DNA of 61,777 nucleotides, counting the filler, from Chiloscyllium plagiosum (taxonomy: Eukaryota), in assembly GCF_004010195.1 (NCBI RefSeq). It is 3 parts of one record of this genome, joined end to end, with 100 filler letters (N's around TTAATTAATTAA, not from the genome) between each part and the next. Parts side by side here need not be neighbours in the genome. Positions count along the whole stretch, not along the records: positions 25,437 to 57,239 come from NC_057711.1; positions 57,340 to 61,777 come from NC_057711.1; 1 more part is not named here. One strand, written 5' to 3'. The notes beneath the pieces are model-generated. The model ran no database searches and was not told the DNA's origin. It worked only from the letters and a program-made list of their open reading frames with translations. The position numbers were made by a program, and so were the translations under genes. How positions within the stretch are numbered: the first letter of the stretch is position 1; the number at the start of each line of letters is the position of its first letter. Of the stretch, positions 52,266 through 61,777 are shown in pieces.

Positions 52266-52574
52266 ACATGGATGTAAGGGGCTGAAATTGTTCCTGCTAT
52301 TCTTGCATCATTATTGCATTTGTGCAGGGGAATTGTTTTGTTCCTCAAAAGCGTTAAACCAGACATCAGACTTTGCCTGATGAATTCAGTAAGAATGTTG
52401 ATTACGAATAAAATGTGTTGTCATGCAATAAAGTAACATCTCATTTAAGGCAAGAACCTCTTCTCATGAGAATACTAATTGGTTTTCTCTAATGACATTA
52501 GACCAAGCAGACCATGTAAATGCTGATGAAGCAAGAAGATGATGGCAACAAATTTATCAGACCCACTTTTCAAC

Positions 52575-53212
52575 TGTGGGCCAGGGGTTACTCGGCATAA
52601 AGACAATAACAGGGAACTGAAACTACCTGAGCCCTAGCTGCTGGCTCAAGCCAGTTTGAACTGGTTCCACTCAAAGGATGACGTAAGGGAGGGAGATCCT
52701 TATTTGGTGGAAGAACGATAAGGGAATACAAAAGATGGCCTTGGAGTGAGCCTATCGTGAAAAGATGTTGGCTCGTCAGCTGAACTAAGAACCAACAAGA
52801 CACGACAGTTCAGGAAGATAAGGAAGAAGAATAAAAATGAAGGATTTCGGTGTGCCTTTCCCAAAAACTCTGGAGATCAACCTTTGCAAAGATTTGGACA
52901 TCATGTTGAGAAGCATGGAGATAACCCTGAGGCCTGGGAGAAATCACTTGGCCAGTGAGAGCATCTATTCTTGGGTATTAGCCTTTATTTTTTGTTGACT
53001 GTTAAGGGAATGCCATAGGTAAACTAACGGATATGTGCTTAGATTTTCACCTTGTAGGAATTGCATGCCTGCTGTTAACCTTTTCTTAACCAAATGGTGT
53101 GAACTGTATGTCTGTTTTAGATAAACTAATAAAGTTAACGGTTAGTTGATACAGATTTTACTCTTGCCTTCTTTGAGCAGTAACTATTGTTGAGGGTGGT
53201 AACCAAGCAACA
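52575..53212 (+). mobile_element. Solo LTR (638 bp) with 4-bp TSD
   Basis: TG...CA termini; CAAC at 52571-52574 and 53213-53216; AATAAA at 53128-53133. Confidence 0.6.
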
Positions 53213-53579
53213 CAACAGGGTAAGACATGAATAATCCAAGAGAGAACCTTTTTTTGAATTACCCAGGAGTTAGATGCATGGATAAGTTGCTATCATGTTC
53301 CATGTAAGCTTTGCTCTGTAGTTGCACAGTTGCCAGGAAGGTCCCAGGCAGGTGGCTTACATTCACCCCTCCAAGGTACCACATGTATCCAGCCCCACAA
53401 AGCTATTTGAAGCCATAACACATCCGAATGAATAGGCTGCACAAAATGAAAGATAATTCAGATGCAAGACTGGCTGCTATCAGATGGAATCGCTGAGACA
53501 ACAAGACCTCAGGATGCATTTAAGCAGAATCGGAACAGACAGATCAGGGGGAAGTCACAGAACAATATGATGGTCTGAT

Positions 53580-54219
53580 GTGCCACAAAGCAAGTGCCTT
53601 TTTTGACTAAAGGCTGCTTGGCTCAAGGAGACTTTGTCCTTGATTTTTTTCAGAGGGACAATAAACCAGGCCGTGCTCCGATCAGTCTGGTTTGGTACAG
53701 AGATGAAAGGAATTTTGAGAGGCCTTTTGTTTATATGTAAACAGATGAGACTTCAGGCCAAAGTGGTCATGTTTTAGAAGTGACCTGTATAAAGAGAGGG
53801 GAGTGGTCAGCCCTCTAGCTGAGCAGTTTAGTTCAGTCTTGAACAGGTGAGTTCAACAGGGAGCTGTGTGGAAACTCTCTCTCTCTCTCTCTTTCTGGCC
53901 TTCAACTTCAACCTGTAAGCATGTGTTCCATTTATACTGGGTTTTAAAGGGAGTTTGCTTATTGGGACTGTTGTGCATATTTGGAATAGCATAATTAAGT
54001 CTAGCTGGATAGGCTTAGTTCTGTAGTATATCTTTATTCTGTTTTTTGTGTTTCATTTTGTAATTGTGAATATTTTTTGTCTATTTTAAAAACTAGTAGT
54101 CAACCTCGCTAACTTAATCCAGGTAATTCTCACTGTACACTTAATGAAACAAACTGTAAAGTTATGGCCTGGGTTTCCTGCTTAAGAATGTTTTGAGTGG
54201 TCTGGCCTAGCTCATAACA
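53580..54219 (+). repeat. 5' LTR of Gmr1-type Gypsy element (left boundary uncertain)
   Basis: Ends CATAACA at 54219 immediately before PBS; TATA-like TATAAA at ~53788. Confidence 0.65.
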
Positions 54220-54222
54220 GAT

Positions 54223-54241
54223 TGGGGGTTCTTTGTGGGAT
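54223..54241 (+). promoter_or_regulatory. Degenerate primer-binding site, tRNA-Pro-like
   Basis: TGGGGGTTCTTTGTGGGAT vs canonical PBS-Pro TGGGGGCTCGTCCGGGAT. Confidence 0.6.
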
Positions 54242-54319
54242 TTTAATCAGCTAGTGGTAGGTGCTAGTGTCTTTATTTATGCTGCTGGTTTGGTTGAATA
54301 GACAAAGCTTGGGATAGGA

Positions 54320-56087
54320 ATGGCTCTTTCAGTTGCCAAACATTTTCTGGAATTGGATGCAGTGACTTTGGAAGTTTTACAAGAAATTAATAAGACCAAG
54401 TTGCAAGAATTAGCAGAGAAGCTGGAATTGGAACTGCCTGCTTCTGTGAGTCAAGAAGAGATAATTACAGCAGTAGCTCAGCATTTAAACTTGCTGGAGA
54501 AACAATCAGAATCCATAGAGATGGCAAGAATTCAATTGCAAATGAAGCAGCTTGAGTTAGAGGTGAGAAATAAGGAAAGGGCAGCAAAAATGAAACAGAT
54601 TGAGTTACGATTAAAAGCAGAAGAGAGGGAAAAGAGAGAGCAGAGAAAGAAAAATAGAGAACTTTTGAACTTCAAAAACTGACACTTAAAATGGAAAGTC
54701 AGCTTAAAAGGCTGGAGATGAAGGCTGAGGGTAGGCTCTGTGAGGAAGTAGTGCAAACTCATGTGGAAGAGCAGAGAGTTAAAACAGCAAGGTTAGCATC
54801 TGCAGGGGCTGATGATTATGAGCTGGTCCATAAAACTCGGTTTGGCTTCCAGAATCAATTTCAGCCCAAGAGGGATAGACATTGGGACAAAGAGAAATCC
54901 TCATGTGGAAGGGGAAAGGTAGATCTCAGTGAAGTTCATAAGGATAACTTACCACAGGGTAAAAAAGAAACTCTTGAGGGGGACAAAGAAGTTAAAAAGC
55001 TCCAGTGTTTTCATTGTAATAAAGTGGGCCACATAAACCCACAGCATTAGTGGGCTAGGAGAAAGCCAGATGTAGGAAAATGAGATAAGCCTGGAAGTTT
55101 TGTTGGACTAGTAACCAAAAGCACAAGGGAAGTTGGACAACTACCTCAGAGTGTACAAGATGATCAGAAGTTGATTAAGGAGGAAGTGGCAGATCTGCTT
55201 AAAAAATATACATGCAAGGGTAAAGTTTGTTCACATAGGCCAGGAGCAATAGATAAGGAGGTTACAATATTAAGGGACACAGGATCCTCTCCGTCTGTAA
55301 TTCTGAATGATGAGGAGATATGTCCGCCTGAGTTACTATTGCCAGAAAAGGTACTGATAACAAGAATTCATAGTGAGACAAAAAGTGCTCAATTATGTAA
55401 AATGAGGCTAGAGAGTCCAGAGAAGAGTGGAGAATTTGTGGTAAGAATACTGGACAAACTCTCAGCTCCAAGAATACAATTTGTCCTTGCAAATGATATC
55501 GCTGATTCACCAATACGCATGCTGCCTACTCTAGTTGAAAAGCCAGTGGAAACGCGGACAACTGAACACATGGAGAATGTTTTTCCAGGAATTTCCCCTG
55601 ATTGTTTACAAGCTGATGCAGGAGGGATCAAATGGCACAGATAAGGAAGCTGATATTGTGTTATCTAAAACATGCTTTGATCAGATAAGTGGAACAGAGA
55701 AGGAGCAAATCGATAAACATGCAAGCATCTTTAGCTCTGCTAAGCTGATTGAATTACAGCAGGAAGATGAAGAGTTAAAACAATTATGTCAAAAGACACT
55801 TACAGAGAAAGAAAGTGAATGCATTCCTGTGTGTAATTACTTAACAAATGATGTCTTAATGAGGAAATGGAGACCATCACATAGTCAAGCAGATGAGAAA
55901 TGGGCAGAGATTCATCAAATTGTTTTGCCAGTAAGGTATAGAAAAGAGGTGCTGCGAATGGCACATGAGCTACCACTTGGAGGTCATTTAGGGGTGAGGA
56001 AAACACAGGCTAAGATACAAAGATAGTTTTATTGGCCTGGACTATATAAAGATGGATTTGAATTTTGCCAGACATGTCATACGTGTC
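54320..56087 (+). mobile_element. Gmr1-type Gypsy internal region (broken gag-protease-integrase N-terminus)
   Basis: Coiled-coil gag; knuckle CFHCNKVGH; protease ILRDTGS; then AHELPLGGHLGVRKT..FYWPGL..CQTCHTC with no RT between. Confidence 0.85.
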
Positions 56088-57239
56088 ATTTCCCCTTCCC
56101 CCACCTCACCCAAGTTCCAAACTTCCAGCTCAGCACTGTCCCCATGACTTGTCCTACCTGCCTATCTTCTTTTCCACCTATCCACTCCACCCTCCCCCCC
56201 AGACCTATCACCTTCATCCCCTGCCCCACTCACCTATTGTACTCGATACTACTTTCTCCCCAACCCCACCCTCCTTTCACTTATCTCTCCACCCTTCAGG
56301 CTCTCTGCCTGTATTCCTGATGAAGGGCTTTTGCCCAAAACGTCGATTTTACTGTTCCTTGGATGCTGCCTGAACTGCTGTACTTTTCCAGCACCTTTCT
56401 AATCTAGACTCTGGTTTCCAGCATCTGCAGTCATTGTTTTTACCTCGTTGATTTTAACCCTACTGCGAATTCTCTTGCAAGGATGCCTGCCTTGAAGATA
56501 AGAATCTCTCTCTATAAGAATCTCAGGGAGTCCCTCTCCCACTGCAACTCCCAGGTCATTTCCTCTGCCCTGAAGCTCTTCAACCATGTCCTGAAACAAA
56601 CTCATTACCACAGTCACATTTGCTTTCTCAGTGCCTGCCTCCGGAACCAACTCATCCCACACGGACTCCGGACCACCTTTAAACCAGAGAGTTCTGATCC
56701 GAACAGGACAAACAGTACAGACTAAAGATTCAAAAACACCAGCAACGGTTCTCCTTCAAGATCCTCCATTCCACGCTCGCAGCAATGCCCCGGCACCTAA
56801 CCTCTCTACAGTCAGCCCTGCCTCAGCTGAGGGCCACACTCTCTCAGAATTGCAAAGGACGCACTCTGTACTACATCCTCAGGAGAATTCATACTCTCAA
56901 CACAGTATTTCAACTCCATCTCAAACATCAAAAACTATAAGTACAACAAACTTTTATCTACCCACCTCCATAACCAGCACTCCTCAAACATTCCAGTAGA
57001 TTCACCCGGCCTCTGGAACTGCTCGGATGCCATTAGCCATGCGGCTCGTGCAGCCACCATCTCCACGCTGATTGATGATGTCACTTCCGCCCCCATCACG
57101 GCCACTTCTGCCCCTCACAATTCCTCATGCACCACGCGTGACATCACTTCCGCCCCTCACATCATCGCTGATGTCACATGCTCAGTGACTTCTGCCCCCC
57201 CCCACTGCCGTGTTTGCCACCACTTCAACCCCCACCAAT
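56088..57239 (+). mobile_element. Penelope-like element: pLTR and ORF N-terminus, inserted in the Gypsy integrase
   Basis: C-rich UTR, CTGATGAAGGGCTTTTGCCC core, ORF 56483 ...HICFLSACLRNQLIPHGL; ends at gap. Confidence 0.8.
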
Positions 57240-57339
57240 NNNNNNNNNNNNNNNNNNNNNNNNNNNNNNNNNNNNNNNNNNNNTTAATTAATTAANNNNN
57301 NNNNNNNNNNNNNNNNNNNNNNNNNNNNNNNNNNNNNNN
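57240..57339. other. Artificial 100-bp scaffold gap (N44-TTAATTAATTAA-N44)
   Basis: Same construct as 25337-25436. Confidence 0.9.
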
Positions 57340-58725
57340 CCCGAAACATCGATTCTCCTGTTCCTTGGATGCTGCCTGACCTGCTGCGCTTTTCCAGCAA
57401 CACATTTTCAGCTCTGATCTCCAGCATCTGCAGCCCTCACTTTCTCTCTGTGACAGTTCTACAACCAGAGAAAGGAAACATCGAAAAGCATTAGCTTGTT
57501 TTTGATTTAGAAGAATCAAGAAGTAAATTTTGATTAGGGAAAACTGACAGATTGAAAAGTTTTTGGTTTTAGTTGATAGAAGTGCTGGCTGGGGTTGCGT
57601 GTATGAACCAGTGTCTTCTGGAGAAAGAAGTTAGTTCAGAACAGTCAGGAATTAGATTACTTCAGTATAAGTTTGAAAATTCCAAACCAGAAGTGTGTGG
57701 TTAGAACCCTGAAGCGATTATTTGAAGCTAAGAAAATTTAAGCTCAGTTGTGTAAATAATCAAGGAAATATTTATCAAGCTCTCTTGCGTGGGGATCCAA
57801 TGAAACAATTAAGTCAGACATTTAGACATGTGACAGAGGAAGGTACTGTCCTTTATTGACATTTGATTATGACAAAGTAATAATACTGGGAATGGGTGAG
57901 ATTTTATTTTATCATGTTTCAAAATATTTCAAATTGTGTGAAATATAAACAGCTTGGTTTGTTCTGTTTTAGCTTCATTTCTTCTTTTTTAAATAAACTC
58001 TTGTTTTATTGTAAGAAGCAAAATCTGCAGGATTGTGTTCTTATGTTTCAATTAAAGACTACTATGTTAAATTAGAATAAAAAGTATGATTTTAAAAAAA
58101 AATCGATCAAGCCACATTTCAATGTGGGATCTGGTTTGTCCAGTCATAACATCAGCTGAGATCATAATGATATCGAAAACAAAAGGTAACTCCTGACAGC
58201 CATAAACCCAGACATGTGATTTCCATTGAATAAGTCAAAACAATTGCCTTAAACCATGTGACTTCGAAAGGAGTTTCTAGAATGTTTTCCAATCTTTTCT
58301 TTTAGTGATCCTTTGCAAAAAAGGAAACAGCTGTTTGTGTCTTTTCAAATTAACCAATTCACACGCTCCTTTAAATGTGAATCCTCATTAATATTTAATA
58401 ATAAACTTCAGAACACATACTGCACAGAGTGAGGCTTTGTGGCCTAATGTACCTCTCCACTCCTTGCCCCATGACCTTGCAAGCTTCCCCCATTCAATCC
58501 AATTTCCATCTAAAAATTCCCACATTCTTCACTTTTCAGAACATCCCAATCTGCTGGGTAATAGGATTTCTTAGGAGTTGGACAACAGCACCATGTTTTC
58601 ATTTATCTTCTTTCTGATGGACAGAAAGGTGTCACATAATCTCCCAAATGGTTTTGTTTTCCAGTGTGATTTCAAACACAGCCTGAGTGCTCTCTCTGCA
58701 GTTTGTCTGCGTGAGCTCCCTATTG

Positions 58726-58826
58726 TTATATTGACTCGGAGGAGTTCCCCTGTCGGATTGCTCTGCTGAAGGCTGATCCACTGTTCAGTGTGGCGCTGTC
58801 TCGACTGAAGTCCAAACCCAGTTCCT
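58726..58826 (-). CDS. Candidate terminal coding exon of an unidentified host gene
   Basis: Acceptor TTTCCCCTTCCTGTGCAG| then (x)AG-ELGLDFSRDSATLNSGSAFSRAIRQGNSSESI-TAA; non-repetitive, higher GC, followed by AT-rich UTR-like DNA. Confidence 0.4.
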
Positions 58827-59031
58827 CTGCACAGGAAGGGGAAACGCCATTACTTTACATCAGTTATCTCTCCATTTCACAGGCTCAGGAAGAACCAGCA
58901 ACTTTAGACCATGAGACGTAAGTCACAAAATAGACCACTCAGCCCATCGAGTCTGCTCTGCCATTCAACAAGACCGTGACTGAGCAGATAATCCTCAATT
59001 CTACTTCCTGGCTTTTCCCTGTAGTCCTTGT

Positions 59032-59292
59032 GGAGAAATTAAGGGCTGCAGATGCTGGAGATCAGAGCTGAAAAATGTGTTGCTGGAAAAGCGCAGCAGG
59101 TCAGGCAGCATCCAAGGAACAGGAGAATCGACGTTTCGGGCATAAGCCCTTCTTCAGGAATGAGGAAAGTGTGCCCAGCAGGCTAAGATAAAAGGTAGGG
59201 AGGAGGGACTTGGGGGAGGGGCGTCGGAAATGTGATAGGTGGAAAGAGGTCAAGGTGAGGGTGATAGGTCAGACTGGGGTGGGGACGGAGAA
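59032..59292 (-). mobile_element. Young PLE family A pLTR with 9-bp TSD
   Basis: AGTCCTTGT at 59023-59031 and 59293-59301; near-identical to 25437-25560 and 26040-26178. Confidence 0.8.
59127..59160 (-). ncRNA. Minimal hammerhead ribozyme motif (family A)
   Basis: UUC-CUGAAGA-A-GGGC-UUAU-GCCC-GAAA-C-GUC-GAU. Confidence 0.55.
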
Positions 59293-59417
59293 AGTCCTTG
59301 TAGAATCTATCTTAACCTTTAGTGTCAAATTAATGCTCCTGTGAATTCCTGTCTTTACTGCCACTATCTTGAGTAGAGATTCCAGATAAATATGAGTATG
59401 AGGGACACACATGACCA

Positions 59418-59605
59418 GGGTGGCTCAGTGGTTAGCACTACTGCCTCACATCGCCAGGGACCCAGCTTCAATTCTACTCTTGGGTGACTGTCTATTGGGA
59501 GTTTGCACATTCTCCCCGTGTCTGTATGGGTTTCCTGCAGGTACTCTAATTTCTTCTCCCGTTCTAAAGATGTGCAGACTATGGTGGATTAGCCATGGGA
59601 AATAT
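59418..59605 (+). mobile_element. HE1-like V-SINE 5' part
   Basis: A box and V-domain; interrupted by CR1, tail resumes ~60116. Confidence 0.8.
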
Positions 59606-59609
59606 AGAG

Positions 59610-60115
59610 GCAGGAGATTCACACAGATGATTCCTGGAATGATAGGCCTAACATACAATGAACGGCTGAGGATCCTGGGATTGTGTTCATTAGAGTTTAG
59701 AAGGTTGAGGGGAGATCTAATAGAAACTTACAAGATAATGTCTGGCTTAGAAAGGGTGGACGCTGAGAAGTTGTTTCTGTTGGGGGGGGGGGGGGGGGGG
59801 TGGGGTCGGCGAGACTAGGACCCATGGGCACAGCCTTAGAATTAGAGGGGGTTAATTTAGAATGGAAATGAGGAGACATTTGTTGAGCCAGAGAGTGATG
59901 GGCCTGTGGAATTCATTGCCATGGAGTGCAGTGGAGGCTGGGGCATTAAATGCCTTCGAAGCAGAGATTGATAAATTCTTGATCTACAAAGAATTAAGGA
60001 CTACGGGGAGAGTGCAGGTAAGTGGAGCTGAAACACCCATCAGCCATGATTAAATGGCAGAGGGGACTCGACGGGCCGAATGGCCTTACTTCCGCTCCTA
60101 TGTCTTATAGTCTTA
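59610..60115 (+). mobile_element. CR1 3' end
   Basis: RRFTQMIPGM..LEFRRLRGDLIETYKI; SQRVMGLWNSLP. Confidence 0.88.
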
Positions 60116-61429
60116 TGGGTCTGGGTGGATGCTTATTGGAGGGGCAATGTGGACTTGATCGGCTGCTAGGTATTCTATGAATGTGGGTGAGAAGAAAAAA
60201 GGTTCTCCTTTCTCTAATACCTTGTCACAACCTCAGGATTACCCCGAGTACTTTTCCATCCAGGCAAGGTTTTCTGATGAAAGCAATATATTGCTGCTGG
60301 AAACCTGAAATAATGAAGAAGAAAAACAGAGCTTGTGTTTCTGAAATGCATCCACTGTTGTGATATCAGAAATGCAGCAGGCAAGCCATGCACAGCAAGA
60401 TCCCAGAAACAACAAACGAGGCAGTGACCCCACAATCCGTATAATTAATGTGGATCGAGAGCTAGATATTGGCCAGGACATGAGGGGAACCCAAATGCTT
60501 CTCTTGGAACGATCCTGTGGGATCATTCACCACTCACTCCCCCTGGGCTGGGGCAAAACAAAATCCGAAAAGGTATAAACAATGGGAGTGGTAAGTTTGC
60601 AGCATCAAACAGCAATTGGGATACAAGGTAAAGGGTCAGCGAGTGGGGCCATCCAGTAGGACTACATCCATCAATTGATGAAGGGTCTGCATTGAGATAA
60701 CCCACAAAGACACAGCAAGATCTGTGGCTTAATGTCAGACACAGCATAATAAGTAAGGGAAATAGAAAGGACTCTAAATTTGTAGGAAAGGGAAACTGCT
60801 CACAGCTAGCAGTAAGGGTTCCAGTTAATTATTATTCCTACTGCATACTGTATCCTCAATATGAAACTTATTTCAGTGAGATATTACACTAAATCTTATC
60901 ATTTTTAAATTATAATCATTTCCCGGTGCAATGCGTTTTTAAATTTCTTCCAGGTACCAGGGTGTTGTTTCAAGATCAGTATTCCTTTTCCATCCCTAAC
61001 TTCCCGTGAGAAAGTGCTGGGGAACGGTCTTCTCAGACAGTGAGTGTGAAATGATTGAGAATTGCCTCCTGTCAGAGTGACAGCATGTGTTACACAATTT
61101 GCAATTCCTAAAGAAATGCAGAAAGATAGTAAACTATCCCCTGAAGCTTGTTTGTACAGAGAACTACGTTCATTGGATTGGTTGTATGTTAGAAACTGGT
61201 AACATAAGTTAGCATCGACAGAGCTCAACATATTTAAGCACAATACAGCAGATGTTGGAAATCAGAAATGAAAGGACCCAATGCTAAAATCTTCAGCTGA
61301 TCTAGTTCATCTGTTGTGTTATGTCTCAGGGTTAGGGGGTATTATGGTATACCTTTCATAGGAATTCTCATGATATCATCAGTTCATCATATCATGAGGG
61401 TATAAAGATCTCAGACTCCATCTTAACTT

Positions 61430-61611
61430 GATTTGGAGATGCTGGTGTTGGACTTGGGGTGTACAAAGCTAAAAATCACACAACACCAGGTTATAGTCCA
61501 ACAGGTTTAATTGGAAGCACACTAGCTTTCAGAGCGACGCTCCTTCATCACCTGAAGCTAGTGTGCTTCCAATTAAACCTGTTGGACTATAACCTGGTGT
61601 TGTGTGATTTT
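61430..61611. mobile_element. Fold-back PLE family B element with 11-bp TSD
   Basis: CATCTTAACTT at 61419-61429 and 61612-61622; arms ~61471-61528 and ~61555-61611. Confidence 0.8.
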
Positions 61612-61671
61612 CATCTTAACTTTGATCACTTGAAGCACGACTTGCTGCTGGAAGCATGCTCTCTCTCTCTG

Positions 61672-61777
61672 TGAGAGAAAGTGAGGGCCACAGATGCTGG
61701 AGATCAGAGCTGAAAATGTGTTGCTGGAAAAGCGCAGCAGGTCAGGCAGCATCCAAGGAGCAGGAGAATCGACGTTT
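61672..61777 (-). mobile_element. PLE family A pLTR, truncated by window end
   Basis: Reverse complement of the repeat at 1-77. Confidence 0.75.

Noticed and set aside
56314..56347. Additional hammerhead-like copies (also ~3393, 4013, 9860, 21728, 51214, 61519)
   Set aside because: Core or stem I mutated (e.g. GAAA to AAAA), so not called as functional ribozymes.
57440..58170. Possible 3' LTR of the Gmr1-type element
   Set aside because: Looks LTR-like near its end but shows no clear similarity to 53580-54219, and lies beyond an artificial gap.

Overview
This is eukaryotic, repeat-dominated DNA, most likely from a shark. The HE1-type V-SINEs, HER1/CR1 LINEs and DeuSINE relics point to an elasmobranch; a bamboo shark is plausible but is only an inference. 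No complete host gene is visible, and nearly all ORFs in the track are transposon fragments or chance frames. The window holds about 16 HE1-like SINEs, many CR1 fragments (one near full-length with a zinc-finger/esterase ORF1), Rex1/Babar ends and many Penelope-like elements (PLEs). It also holds a degenerate Gmr1-type Gypsy element (integrase directly after protease, tRNA-Pro-like PBS), a solo LTR with a 4-bp TSD, and very old Gypsy fossils. The most notable signal is a set of short PLE-derived elements, several of them fold-back and flanked by 11-13 bp TSDs. They carry minimal hammerhead-ribozyme cores (CUGANGA-stem II-GAAA-palindromic stem III) in three sequence families, and one copy shows a compensatory stem change. 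Other points are a candidate terminal exon on the minus strand (58726-58826), several repeat-free enhancer-like islands, a perfect 199-bp inverted repeat that may be an artefact, and artificial gap linkers. All family names come from motif recognition by eye, not database searches. Most element boundaries are approximate (about 10-30 bp).
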